In this document: in pieces, positions 1-14,500 of the stretch | How positions within the stretch are numbered: position 1 is the stretch's first letter | Layout: each line of letters opens with the position of its first letter | Origin: Azolla caroliniana | Taxonomy: Eukaryota > Plantae > Polypodiophyta | Reading direction: 5' to 3' | DNA: 64,000 nt | Assembly (NCBI GenBank): GCA_043228905.1 | Contig: JBHGNT010000031.1 | Span: forward strand, 62,001-126,000 | Notes under the pieces: generated by a model | The model's database searches: none | What the model was told of the DNA's origin: nothing | The model's input: only the letters and a program-made list of their open reading frames with translations | Program-made: the position numbers and the translations under genes

Positions 1-321
1 AGCCCAGAAACTTCTGGAGACACGCAACTACTCAGTGTGGATGAGCAAACAGTATCAACAAATCATGCTTATGACCTGACAATATGTACAACAAACATTG
101 GTTATACTCAGCCATGCGATATGATTGCTGCCATAGAGTCTAATCAGCAAACAAATAGGAGAATTAATGCTCTGACTGAGCAGTTGAAGGACATAAAGGC
201 GAGTGTTAAATGGGAATGTTTGGACATTAAAACACTGGATTCTCTGCAAATAGTCCTCTCAGAATTTCAAGATAAAGTTATCTCAAGCATCGGAATGAGG
301 CAGATAGAGAGCTCAAAGTAA
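1..321 (+). CDS. 3' terminal coding exon of a gene truncated by the window start; product unknown
   Basis: Frame 1 is open from base 1 (SPETSGDTQLLSVDEQ...) to TAA at 319-321. The C-terminus (INALTEQLKDIKASVKWECLDIKTLDSLQIVLSEFQDKV) is helical and protein-like, and an AT-rich 3'UTR-like region follows. No family recognised. Confidence 0.55.
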   Translation, partial: SPETSGDTQLLSVDEQTVSTNHAYDLTICTTNIGYTQPCDMIAAIESNQQTNRRINALTEQLKDIKASVKWECLDIKTLDSLQIVLSEFQDKVISSIGMRQIESSK

Positions 322-2502
322 CAAAGAACTCGTTTGATTTGATCAGTCTTGAACATAATGTTAAATGGATTGTGAACATGTGTGCAAGCTAAATTACAAG
401 CAGTCTCGTTTGCATTTTTACGTGAAGTTCATTTTGGTATCATTTCATATTCTTATCACAATTTTCATCAACAGTAGCATACTGTGGCAAATTGAGTTGT
501 AGCTGAAAAAAAAAGAGCTTTCGTCAAACCCTTTTAGCTTTCCATTTACTCGTCTAGATGCCTCATTATTTCTCTATTTAAAAGGTTCCGTTTTTGTGAC
601 CATGGTGAATGACTGTGCTTGTGATCATTAGGATTTCCCCACTGGTATTGTTTCAATAGTTTGGATGATCTTAAACTAAGGTAATAAAGAGTTTCTAATT
701 AGGAACAGAATATCAAGCTCATTGCTTTCGCTGCTGAAGACTTGAAATCACTCTCATAGTTCTAGTCATATTTTAGAACATCAATAGGGTATTGTCTTGA
801 ATGTATAAGATGTGGGCATACATATCTTATATGATGTATACATGGAATGATTTAAGTGTTTTAGCACATAATCTCTTTCTTACATTTTTGAAATGTGAGT
901 CCTGCAACGGTTCCATGATTATGTACAATTAGTTAGTTGGTTCTGCTTTTGTGTGAGTAGGTATTTTCTTGTCTCAAACTTGCTGAAAGGCTAATCAAGT
1001 TTGGGATTTGTTGGGCCTGATAGCTAATCTAGTTTGAGAGTTATGACACGTGATGAATAAAACTTCTCCTTTGTTGTACTTGGGTAGCCAATGTGGCTCG
1101 AATGATGTGCAGTATCCCCATATAGCATCACCATCCAAGTTCAATGAATCTGACTCTTTAACGCCCAACAAGTGTGATAGGTAAATCCTGGTGCAATGCA
1201 TCAACATTCAACTTTTAACAAAACAATGTTTATGAGAAGAAGAGTGAAGTGAAGTAGAGGCTGAATTTTGCCAATGATCCAAATTTTTATTGCAAACAAA
1301 TATTTAAGGGTATTCTAGTAATTTGCTACAAGTGTGGTGTTTTTTCTACATGTGTATTTCTAGGGTACCAGTACTACAAAAGAAAGCTTCAAGTTTCGTA
1401 AAGATCTCTGATAGTGACCTTAACGTATAAGGTGTTGCTACAATTGATAATGAGTGTTGGAATAGTAAAATGGGTATGAATAGCACAACTATAATGTAAG
1501 CAATTATTCCTGACTGCTGAGTGGGTTACATGTGCCTAACCTCAATGATGTAATAACGAAGTACATAGGATACATCTAGGTGTTCTTAGCATGCTGCACA
1601 TGTCTTCTATCCTCTGTTGGTTCTTTACTGTTATTCTGTTCCTCTACCTTTTTACGAGGTCTCAGCTCACATGGTGCAAGTGATGGGGTAAACCCTAAAC
1701 CACATAAATTTGGTTCTAATGTCATTTTTCACCTTCATACCCTTTCATGGCACCAAAGTTAAAAATACATGCATGCTGTTTGATCTTGGTTATTGGTTAA
1801 GAAAATGCTCATATAGCACATAACTTTTGGAATCTCAAGTCCATATAAAATAAATAATAATAACTTGAGTCCCAGCAATAAGAAGTTTAAGTTCAAAGTC
1901 CTACCTAAAATTTGACATCTGATATGTTAAACCAGACAATAGTTGGGGAGGGCCTTTTGAGGAGCGAGCATCTTTTACTTTTCAAAGATATTTGACAATT
2001 TGAGCGTTATGCTTGTTCAAATATTTGCTTATTATGCAGCATTATTGTGTTTGTCATTTCTAGTGACATATAATTTTGGGCTACCGTTCCTCTACAGTAA
2101 ACCATCATTCAATAGACATCACTATTTCTTTTAGAAAAATATTACATATACGGAACCTACATGTGGAACAATAATAAGCTCCTTGTCCCATTGTGAAAGT
2201 TCTACCACGGTAAAGACACTCCTTCACTCACCCTTAAAGGAAAAATACAAGGATCTATATTACATTGGAGACTCTACTCACCCTTCGCTCCTTGCCATTG
2301 CTAGTGAATGAAACAATACGAAGGGGACATTCTTTAAGAAACTTCTTCTGAGGTGATCATGTCAACTCAGCATCTCACACACAGAACAGTTGTACCTGCC
2401 ATTGTTCTTCACTTCTCTCAATATTGATAAGCCCTCTTCGTCAGAAAAAGTAGATATTGATGAAAAATATCTAATTTCTTTTCACAAGGGGCAAACACGA
2501 CT

Positions 2503-5500
2503 TCATGAACAGCTTGAAGAACGCCTTAGCTTTTCCAAGACTGCATTTCCAAGCACAAAATCCTTTTCCATCAACAGCTTCTGAAGACCTTCAATATTTC
2601 CTCTTGTCTCAAGGAGCCTTTTCAAGTCATTCTTTAGGCTCTGTAAAGCACGACTAGCCTTTTCCTTGTCTGCCAATGCTTCCCTATCACAAGATACAAG
2701 GCTAATTAAGAGGAGACTAGACTTAGGATTCCAATCGAATTTTATCCTCAACATTCAAGAAGGGTAATAACACTACTAGTTTTTCTATATATGAGTCTTT
2801 CAAGGGAAATGCTATCATTTAAAATGAATCAATTCAAAATTTGAGAGTGAACACTAGTATGCAAGACCATAAATGAAAGAGATTTAATATCAAATTTAGG
2901 AGTAGACAGCTAGTGTGCATGATCTCAAACTAAAATGATTAAGAATCATCAACCCAGTCTCGAGTTTAACCTTACATGTCAAACCAGAAATCTCCACCAC
3001 TGTATCTGTGATTTAAATTTCGGTAACCTAGGGATTTATGAGCAATAATTAAATCTCTTAAATAATATACAACAGCGATGCTTTTCCATCATGCTCATTA
3101 TGTCTTATTTTAAACACATTCTAGTTAGTATATGCATTGAATCCTTACTGTCATTGCTATATTCTAAGGGTGAGTTACAGATAAATCATTATACCTCAAT
3201 TTGACTTCTAAAGCTTCCTTTTGCTCAAAGATTTCTTTGAGTTTCTTTTCTGTCAACTCAGATGCACTAACTAAAGAAGAAATTGGCTGGTTCACATAGA
3301 CAATCTTTTGCATCATTTCACCTTTCTGAAACATTCACATTCATATCTTAAGATATTCTATCAAATTTGAATAAAGTAGGCAGAATAGTCCTTACCATCT
3401 GCTCCGCATCAGTTAGTTGGGATTGTAGTCTTTCCTTCTCCTTTTCAAGTATTTTGATATTTTCTTGGAGAAACTTGCACTTTTTGAGCACCATGAATAC
3501 TACATCAACCCTTCCTTGTATTGCTGAAATAGGTTCGGATTGTGTCTTGGCAGGCTTGTCATCTTCATCCATGTCCACTAGAACTGCATGATATATGTAC
3601 AGCAATGTTACAATCATCCATATATGAGATAATAGGTTATGGGCAATGGTGAGACAAACACATGAAATAAAATAATTTGGCTCTCATCTTTTTTCATACA
3701 GACTACAGTGGTGCCTTTCCGAGAAATGTAGGTAGGGTGCACAGTTGCTGATAATATTATATAGGGAAAAGTACCAGGATACCCCTGGAAGTTCGTCTAT
3801 TTACCAGAATGCCCTTGGAAGTTCCAAATTTACCAAACTACCCTTATGTCCAAAAAAATACACTTTATAAAGTAATTATACACTCAAATCTACAAGCCTT
3901 ATTTACCAGAATACCCTTCAAACACAAATTTATTTACTTAAGAGATTCATTGGGTCCTTTGTACTTACTTTATAAAGTGTAATGTTCTGGACATAGGGGT
4001 AGTTTGGTAAATTTGAAATTTCCAGGGGCATTCTGGTAAATAGACGAACTTCCAGGGGTATCTTGGTACTTTTCCCTATTATATATCAGGTCATCAATAC
4101 CTAATAGTCAAAATGACCTTGAGCTGTATGACCATATAGATCCTTTTATCATCTTGTTGAAGCTATGTCAAGCTAATGTCATGGATATTAGGCTCCTGGA
4201 AGAAGAATGACCAGGTTATGCCAAGATTCTACAAGATTCTATCCTCCTACCTTTAACAGAGAAATAGTAGATCAATACACAACCCCTAGAAAAAATAGGA
4301 AAATAAAAAACTAGATAAAGAAAACGAACCATAGGAAAATTGAGTGAAACAGAGCAGTCGGCAGGAAGAAGTCAGAAAAAGAAATAAAGGTGTTGGGGAA
4401 TGAAAGAACGACATATCGATGTCTTTTAAAGAGGCCAAAATGGCCTCCAAGACCAAGCCAGAGATTACATTATAAAATGATGTCTTGTCTTTGAGAACAA
4501 ACCAAAGATTGTTCTTGGTCGATGAGCTTGTGTGGTTTTGTTATTGTCCTGAGACAACTTTTTTGTATCTAAGGATTTCTAGCAAGAACAGCCATAGGCA
4601 TCATTGGTCCTCATATTCCATTACCTTGCATAGTGGGCCAAAGCCTTCTATGCAATGATATCTCCCTCTTATTTTATAAAAACTAGTAAAGCGACAGACA
4701 GTGTTCTTCAATTTCTACTTCCAAGATGACACTGTTAACAAGTTCTTTCTTCTAGAGGTATGCATGCGGAGATGCCTACCTCAATCTCTAAATAAATGCA
4801 AAGAGATCCACAACTGCCCTATCAAAGTGTGTAGTTCATAAGATACATGTATCTCCATATAAGGAGGCTTGATGATGAATCCATCCTCCAATTTGTGTAA
4901 AAAGCGTGCCTTCAATGGGCCCTCTTCCCACCAAGATGATCCATGTTCTCCCGTCATAGAAGTTGATAATATCACTTCAGATCACTATATTCTTTTCAGA
5001 TAGGGACAATCCAAGTTATATTGGAACCAGGACAGGGCATTTATGCTCATACCATGAGAGTCGAACCATTGTTACGTTTCCACATACAAACGATGACTAT
5101 TTCCGTGTTTAGCAAGTTGTTTTGATGACATAAGTTTCAACATTACGTTTCAGCTGCCAAAGCCAACAGATACCGGTCACTGATCATAATAATGCCTCAA
5201 TGAATACTGGGGTTGCTCCCATCTCCATTTAGATTATATCTTGGGGCACCAATGCTTTGCTCCTCTAATGCAGGCAATCATTGAGACTAAGGTCCCCCTA
5301 CCTTTCTGAACTCCGCGTTTAATTTGTGGAGACGAATCTTTCCGGATTTTGCCTTATTAAGGCTTGGTCCCCAGGTTTCTAATCCATAGAGAAGTGTCGA
5401 TGTGATAAGTGTACTAAATAGCCACAATCTAGTTTGTGCTCTTGGAACGATATATATGCACATTGTCATTCAAGAGCACCAATGGCTGCATATCCATGAG

Positions 5501-8500
5501 AGACTCAAGCACAAGCAACCTCTTGTAAGAGAAAGAAAGAAAGATATATTAGTGTATTTTACTAGGTCATAATAGCCTAAAACAGAAAATAAGAGATTAC
5601 ATCTTAAAATGTTGTCTCATCTTTGAGAACAAAATAAATGTAAGTAAATAAACAAATAAAAATAAAAGTGACTAAAGAATCTTGTTATCTATACATGTAA
5701 GATCTTCAAGTTAGATAGATTGTAATTTGTCTTTGAAATATCTCTAGCATAGATTGATCCAGAATAGAGATATCTTCGCAACGAGGGAAGCTACTGGAAT
5801 GATGGGAGATAATGACCTTTATCTATAGATTACAATGATATTGAGATCATGGTCCACAAGGCAAATCATTATTGCTGTTTCCGAATCTATTGTATCCCCT
5901 GTGCAATTTCCTGTATTAATCACCTACATTTTGCAGATGAATCTAATGTTATTGTAGTTTTCTTTCATGAGTATTATGAGAAAACAGTATCTTTCCTGTT
6001 TTTCGTTTCATTTTATAGGGGATATTATTTAAAGAGAAAACAAAACCTTTGAATGCACTAGTAACAATATCATTTAGAATCTGCTCTTCCACTTGATATT
6101 GTTTCAGATTAGCATTTGCAGATTCCAGTTTCAACTTCAAATCCGCAACACTTTTGTCCATATCATTTTCCAATGCAGTAAGTCTTTGTGTGAGGACCTG
6201 TCATGCAGTAAGCAAATGAGGAACATGATACATTACATTATATTCACAATCAATACACTTTTCTTGGTTTGCCATTCCCTCCACTAAACAATGATTAATT
6301 TAAGGCTATCCAGTGCAACTGATGCAGATCTTGAAATTTAAGCAGAACCACACCAACCTCCACTTTCTTAACAAGCAATTCGTTCTCAGTAACGCTCTGA
6401 CAAAGCAGCTGATATGTTTCTTCATATCGTTTCTGTAGTTCAGAATCTATTTTACTGATGTTGCCCTCTGCGTTTCCATTTCTCAAGCTCGAGGTTTGAA
6501 ATTCAACACACCTATTACATTAGAGACCAATAAACACCATCAGAGAATTCATGGACATATGCCAGTAATTTAAAACTTGGAGGAATATCAAATTAAACAT
6601 TAGACTCACTTCTTCAATAAATCCTCGTTTTCTTTCCGGGTCTGTTTTAAAGCTGCCTGGAAGTTTTCACACTCAGCAACAGCCAGCTCTCTTGTTTTAC
6701 GAAGCATTCTACACAACAGGATATATCTCAACAATAAGAATTTGTTCAACTATGAATTATATCAATATATATAGTTGACTCATGCAACACATTACTGAAT
6801 TTCGAATTCTGCAGCCTCGAAGACTTGGGTTCTCAACAATTCAAGTTCCTGCTTATTTCTCTCTTGGATTTGCTTTTTCTCATCCTACAAGAATACAGAG
6901 AAGTATTGATGAAAGCAGAACTGAAATTCAATCTGATATATAAATACTCTTAAATTTTACCAAGCACCTAGCTTACCATATTCAAGAAAAATAATCAGAT
7001 GACTCTCTGATGTCATCTCTTCATCTTATGGAATATTGGAATATTAACTATAATCCCAACTCCCCCTGTGCTACACATGCTTCTTTAGCCAGCTCTTTAA
7101 TTTCTAAGTTAGCAAGATATGCAGTTGAATCAAGGTTTTAATCCCCAAAATACTTGTGCATTGAAATTTTCGATCACTTTCAGATATAAAACTTCAGAAC
7201 TATTTGGAAGTATATCACTTGCAAGAAAAGACCTACAATGTGTGCATTTTCATTTTCACCGGAAAGAATTACACACATGTAAGCGCTGATCAAGATTAGC
7301 AAAGCTTGCTTTCTCATTATGTAGGAGCTGATCATAGAATGATTGTTGACCTTGTTCCAACTCTTTCAGCTTATTTTCATAATTCTTTTTCTCAGCTTCT
7401 GCTTTAAGTAACTGCTCCTCCTGTCCTTTAAGCTGACCCTGCAGATATGCCTACAAATAGCATTGCATAAACACTCAAAACAGAACCTATATGAATCATA
7501 GTGATATATAATGATAGAATATTCTATTCTATGGGTTTCTTATGCAGGTGATAAACCAAGGCTAGACTTAGAAATATTTTTTTGTTTACATCGAACCTTA
7601 TCCATTTGAAGTAGCTCTATGCAATGCTCTTTGCTTCTGAGAGATTCTTCACATTGCTGTTTTTCACTAATAGAGTTTTGGAGAGTTTTCGACAAAACAG
7701 CTTTCTCCTCTTCTTTCACAAGAAGCATCTCTTCCATTTTGATGACGCTACACTTTACCTGAACCAAAACCTATTGGTTATCATCTTATTTATCCTCTGT
7801 ATTCAAAGGAATCTGTCCCAGTATGTCAATTCTTATAAGTTATTGCTCATCAACTTTCCCATGTTATTGTTACTTATCTTTATGTGCATGTTGGCATGTC
7901 TGTAAGAAAACATATGTAAGGCTTCCGAGTGTAGACAATGCTATAGCTAAATGTGAGATTAGAATTTGGCAAATGATTGTATAATTGATTAGCATTAAGG
8001 CTAGGAATACATGTAAGTTTGTGATTGTGTTTGTTGGTCACTTTTACAATACTTGGAAGTCATTAGATAATGTGGCCAAATCTTATGTTGTAGCAACAAT
8101 GCATATGCAGTACTTCAACACTTGTAACCAACCCTACATTAGTAACTCCGATTCTGTCTTATCAAAAGTTGTTCATAACTTTAGAGTACATATGCTATAT
8201 CATTGGATTGATAATTGTGTGCTCTAGAAGATAAACCATCTAGGTTTACCTCAATCTGGCTGATTTACAATTGCAAGTCATTAGTTGCACAATTTTCCTT
8301 AAGTTACAATGGTTGTATATGTTTAGAGTTTTAAGTAGTGAATCCATGATTCTCACGTGGGAATGAGGTTCTGGATGCAACATGCATGTTTACTTGGACA
8401 AATGTTGGGAGTGATATCAAGAAGGTTTGAGGTCTCAATTTGGAATTTTTTGCCTAGGAATAAAATGTCGCATGAAGAGAGTGCCAACCTCTACCACGCT

Positions 8501-11500
8501 TATCACCATTAATCACAAAATTAGAGTTTTTGATGATTTTAGGTTGATAAGAAATAGAATCTAGAATTATGCATTTCTGATAAAAGAAATGGGTTTCTGA
8601 TCATTGATTTCCAGGCATTGTTTGATCTGTTGTTTACAGAGGGTTTCTAAAACACCTAATTCACCTTCACCAGGTTTGTGTGCATAAGCCTATATGATGG
8701 ATTGAACAAAACCTCCAACCAATATCAGAAATTAGGAATTTTTTATCTGTAATTTATAGAGGATTTCTAAAACCGAATTCACCTTCAGCAAGTTTATCTG
8801 CACAAGCCTTTATGATGGATTGAAGAAAACCTCCTACGAATGTTTGTGATTTTAATAGTAGGATTTTCAGCAGCCGGACAAGTCCATTTGGACATTCTTG
8901 TGGGTTCATGTTTCCTAGGAGTTGTGCTACACTAGCTGAAATTTTATTTCTTTTGTAGGCTTTGAATAATCATAAAATACCTTTGAAGGCACCAAACTGT
9001 GGAGTCAATTGATCTATTCTATTGGATTTTCTAAACTCTTACCCTCTTCTCAACCACACTTTTAATAACTACAATTTGGGTGAAAGCTAATTGTGTGTAA
9101 AGTTGTTAATCACTGTGCTCAAAGATTGTTCAGATAGGTTTCAGCCACGCACTTTCTCCCATAAATAGAGCGTTGCACATTTCTTCTAATTGCATGAGGT
9201 GGCTAACGCTGCAATGTGCCTATGCATCCCCTCAATGTCTTTGATACCTTCAAAGGCTTGTAACTTTCCTTCATAAATTGGATGTCTCACAGCCCAATGA
9301 TTGTTTCACAAACACCTCTATGAGCAATCTGCTCAGGAATACGAAATTGACATTTGTCTGATACATCATGCATTGGCTAGTTCTATACATAAAGAACATC
9401 CTGGGCCAAATACAAGATGTTTGGCATGCATGTTACATAACCTTTGCAGTTGGCGTGAATGTTCTCTCGTTGATAACATTGAATGAAAATAAAGACAATA
9501 GGTAGAAATCATGGGCAATTGTTGGGTCAAAGGAAGGGCAATGGCATTGGCAGCAAGGAGGGTCAAAACTTTCCCAAAGTAGGCAAGAAATCGCAAATGG
9601 CATCCTTATTATTAAAATGCTTAAAAGCATATCCACATAGTACATCATACATTGGTTCCATAACCAGGAAGCATGCTTAGTTCCTTGAATTATAAAATGA
9701 ATCAATGATCTATAAACCTCATCGTACAAAGCACCCTTTGCAGATAGAATCTGCATTTGCAAGGTTGCATCTTGAAGCTCTGCTTCTAGCCTTTCATTCC
9801 TTGCCAAAATCACTTCTGCTTCTTTGTCTCTGGATTGTTGATCAAAAGCACTGACTGCTGCATTCCGTTGCATATCACGCCTTAACTTCTGGACTTCATC
9901 ATTGGCTCGCAAGAGAGCTTCCCTATTAATCACAACAGCTATAGTGAAGATGAGCTACACATACATTAGAAAATCAGCAGAATAAGCGATTGTGGATGCA
10001 AAAATTATACAACCAATGCAGAGAAATTTCTCAACTATAGATCACCTAAAAGGAGTATAGTAAAAAGTGTACAATTGATGAGTAGGAGGACTCTGGCTTA
10101 AAAGGTATGCGAGGATTGATGGAAAAAGATAGATAGGATTATATTGCAAACGTAGGTGAGGTAAGGTCATTAATTGTACCACCTCAATGAGGATATTGCA
10201 CAACCCCAAACATAATGGTATTTGATTAGGATGTGTTCGATGTGGACATAAAAGTCATCATAGCCAAATCAGCTATCATGACACATACCAAGAAACTTCG
10301 TATTCAGCTCCTTCAAATGAAAGAGAAACATGTTCTTACATTTTTGGCACTACTATTGTAGGTACTAAACCAGGGTTTAAAACTACGCCAATAGGTGAGC
10401 AATGAAAGCCTGGATTTCTGGTCCATTCTGAATCGCACCATCCAGAGAGTGCACCAAAAACCATGTTGGTATAGGATAATGTATGGAGATGCCAGAAAGA
10501 AAAAACACATTCCAATAAAGGTTGATACCAATAAGGAAAATGTGTGAACCTGGAAATGTCTCGTTCATGTCGTAAAGCTTCAATGTCATTACGGTAACTC
10601 AACATCTTTTCATAAGCTAGGACTAAAATGTGCTCCCTGATTGTTCGTGATTCCTTGGGAATGGCGATTATTTCAGAATACCTAACAAGTTGCATCAAAA
10701 CAATAACAAATATAGATTAGACAATTAAATGAAGCACTTTGAAAGAAGTAATAGAAGACATCCAATGCAATCGTGCAACGGTGGACTCACAAAGTCTCAG
10801 AAATATTAAGATCATGCAGTACATCTTTCAGTGATTTGATTTGCTCTCCTAATGATGGAACATCTGTCTCAATCTGTTTGCACATTCAAAACTTTATCAG
10901 ATATCAAAGTAGATCTCACAATGCCATTATTGAATTGAAACATGATTACATACATACAATACAATATGAATGATGTATCAAGTAATGAAAGGAACGAATT
11001 TACATTTAGTAAAATCCAAGTTATTCGATACTTAGTAGCTTTTTATATCATTAACATGCTAAAATTTATTAAAATATGTGAGCCCAAGTGTCAATAGGGT
11101 TAAAACAATTTGCATAAACTGTTAAATCTGTTAGAGAATTATTATGAACAGTAGTCAAGTGTCAAAGAGGCTAGAAGCAGCAGAAAAATAAACTACACAG
11201 GAACTAGATTTCTTAGTTAGGCTAAACGCTTTTAAATACAAAAATCTTCGTGGGATGTTCCTACTTAAACCAATTGGTTTTCTCAAGGAACCCAAGATTC
11301 AACGAGACAAAGGCATCTGCAAGAAGGAAGAACACAGAGCTACCATGATAGCTACATCAAAATGCCTTGTCATGACGTCCTCTACTCACAGCATAGGTAC
11401 AAGACACAATTCACTACCACTTCTAGAGAAACACCTTCAAGGCCAACTTATTGAAGTGATGGTCTGTAATTGTCAACCAAATCAGTAGGCTCTACCTCAT

Positions 11501-14500
11501 GAGCTTGGAGTACCTCAAACCAATACCCCCATAACATGTGGGTTGGGGTTGGGGTTCTCTGCATCCACTTGAGCTTGACTAAAGGAATTTCCAAACAAGC
11601 TGCCAAAGCTGGAAGATGCAACTATGGCTTAGCCATCAATGAGAACTCATATACCACACAGTCACGAGGGGAATTCGTTGACTGGCAAGGTTCTATTGAC
11701 AAGAGAGATGTTAACAAAACCCAAAAATGTCAACTTTCTCTAATGGCCTCCAGAACAATTGTTATCCAAAATAACAGACAATCTCGTTAAGCAAGTTGCA
11801 CCATCTTCAAGACATTCTCCTTCACGAGCCACCTGACTACTCTTGGGAATTCAAAGCTGCTAGCCTCTGATCTTGAATGATCTAGAACAAGGTGAGCATT
11901 GTTGAAGACTTGGAGCCCATTCCCCAAGGATTTATTTTGGTTTGTTCTACAAGAAGAGAATATTTTTGGAGGTAGTTTCCGACTTGGTCTCATAGGCCAT
12001 TTAAGAGACATTTAGATATTTTAGTTTCTTTTTTGCTACCAGCTGTTAACATATACGAGAATTGAAATGTTACATACCAGTAAAATTGCTTGCACACAAG
12101 AGACAATTTTACACAACGAGTTTGTATTATAATTAGCCACTAACAAGTAGGAAACAAACCATAGAAAATATCATACCGAAGAATAGCCTCCAAGATATAC
12201 AGACTATCAAGCTGAAAAACATTTCTGTAGATTGGCATCCAAAACAGTGAGCTTGGACATTACAATACCAAACAATGAAAAGGTTACAATTGATCCAAGT
12301 TGCTACACTCAAGCAACTACTCTACTGACGACTCTACTGGCGTCTTGAGGTTAAGTCTATTGTTTACATATGAGCCACAATATCGCTTTCACAAACACCA
12401 AGATGCATCAAAGAAGAACATTCAGAGGGGTAGGTTTGGACATTAAGCTACTAAAAAATGAAAAGATTATGGTCAATCCATGTAGCTCGACTCAAACACC
12501 TATCCTACTGATGTCTTGAGGTTAAGCCTATATAATAATATCACTTTCATTAACAAAAAATGCATCAGAGCAATGTGTTCAGACATGATTACCTTGTTTT
12601 GACGTCTCTTCAGGTCTTCTATATCAAACTCAGCTTTTTTTTCTAGCTTCTTAATCTCATCTTTTAGCCTACCATGAGGGTAACAAGTAAATTTTGATAA
12701 AGCTAGACAATTTAATATATCCGTTATCTTTTATATGTCGATGAATTATCTCATGCATTCTAGCATGATACGTGGATGGAGATAGACAAATAGTAGTGTA
12801 GGAGAGTGTTATATATGATGATATCAGCACTTTTGAATTCACATAATTCTTATACTCTAATTTCTATTTTTTTTATCTCTTTCACATGCGTTGATGTCTA
12901 TTGAAATCTGGCACAATGGAACCTCTGAATAATAGGATGTATTTGATTCAGTTCCACATAAGATCATAGATCAGACCTCCTGTTGATGCAACCGTAGGGT
13001 GGCGATGAGAAAAGCCAAACCCACTTTGGAGACCCCATTCAGACAAGAATAAACAGGCACGCCATCAAATAATATGCCATAAACGATGCTTCAGGGATTT
13101 TTGTACCTATAAAATACCACCACTGCAGGTTGACTCGTGTCATGTGCATATAGGTAGAGGAAACTGTCAATCCAGCATGGCCTTTCATAGGAGCAACATT
13201 TCACGAAATTTTGATGTTCTCAATTTTTAAGTCCAGTAATAGAAAACATCCAGACATGAAAAATAGCATCCAACCATAATCATGATTGTAACAGAGCATA
13301 TAAATCTGGTACAACTATTACAGCCTTCTCATCCTAGCTGAGCTTTAGAAGAAGATAACATGGAAAGAGAAACGAGAGAGACAAAATAATAGCCATAATG
13401 ACTCGGTTGGAGTGAGGCCAGGATATATCAACAGAAAATACAATGGATGTTATACGTATTATAATCATGATCAGAGTTTCTTTGAGTCCAAACTTGAAAC
13501 ATGTTTGTGTATCACAAGTTGAAGGCATTGCCTCCTAAATTTCATCCTCACATCATATCATGCTCTTTGCCCCTTCAAATAAAAATTACTATTTTCAAGG
13601 GATCAAAAGGACATGGAAATAATTCCAAAGAATATAAAATGTGTGAATATATCCAGAGTTTAAAAACCCAGGAGAAGGAGCCTGTTGGTTCCCATAAATT
13701 CCAAGGATTGAAACTAGAAAGATGTGAAGTACCATCACTGTCCACAAGTGGTCATGGCCAAGAAACTGAGCCGAACCAGACCCGTACCTAGTCATATGCC
13801 TAGCTTGATCTGCTCAATGCATGCAAAAAATGTGGAAAAGATTAAAAATCCTAAAACAACACTAGCTAGACTCATATTTCTAGCACAATGCACAGCCAGC
13901 AGGAAAACTTGTTCTAAAAAATGGAGAGGTAAGAAAGAATTAGAAGATTTTGATATTTGGTTCAAAATAATAAACAAGTTCTGTAGAATCACATGATTTC
14001 ACATACCGTGCTACACAAATATGATTTTGATACTCCTGCTTCATCTTTTCCTCCTTCAAATGCTTGATTTCATTCTCGAGTTTTACAACACAAGATTGTT
14101 TGTCTTGGAGTTGTTGAACCATGTTTGTGAAGCCATTCTTAAACAAATCAGCTGCACATATAGATTAAATCCCTCTCACATTCAGGTAATATTTAAGCAA
14201 ATGATATACAAAAACTATATTTATCGTGAGTTCGCTTCATCGATCGGAATTGATGTTCTGCAATATACATGATGTGACCACATTTTCCCATTAATTCACT
14301 AGAACTACAAGCATCAAATCAAACTCTGAGGATCGATCGTAAATCTAGCAGAAAACTTTGATGATGGATGCATTTTCTTACCGTTATCACCTCCCATCAT
14401 TAGGCCACTTGAATCATCCCATAAATCAATTGATGACATTGTGTCAGAGCTTCTCTGACTCATTCTATGGAAAAATTCCCCGCGATCCTAAAAAAGGGAT

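Noticed and set aside
10289-10427. Possible extra PIBF1 exons (10427-10340 and 10310-10289) with plausible splice sites
   Set aside because: Direct joining of 10550 to 9922 keeps phase and gives ERDISREALLRAN, which fits the PIBF1 alignment. The extra peptides do not fit, although alternative splicing cannot be excluded.
11220-12010. Intronic GC-elevated segment as a nested gene; also ORF-like stretches at 15600-16100, 25400-26300, 31200-32400 and 42550-43470
   Set aside because: Only short, interrupted ORFs with no recognisable motifs. Probably old TE debris that I cannot classify by eye.
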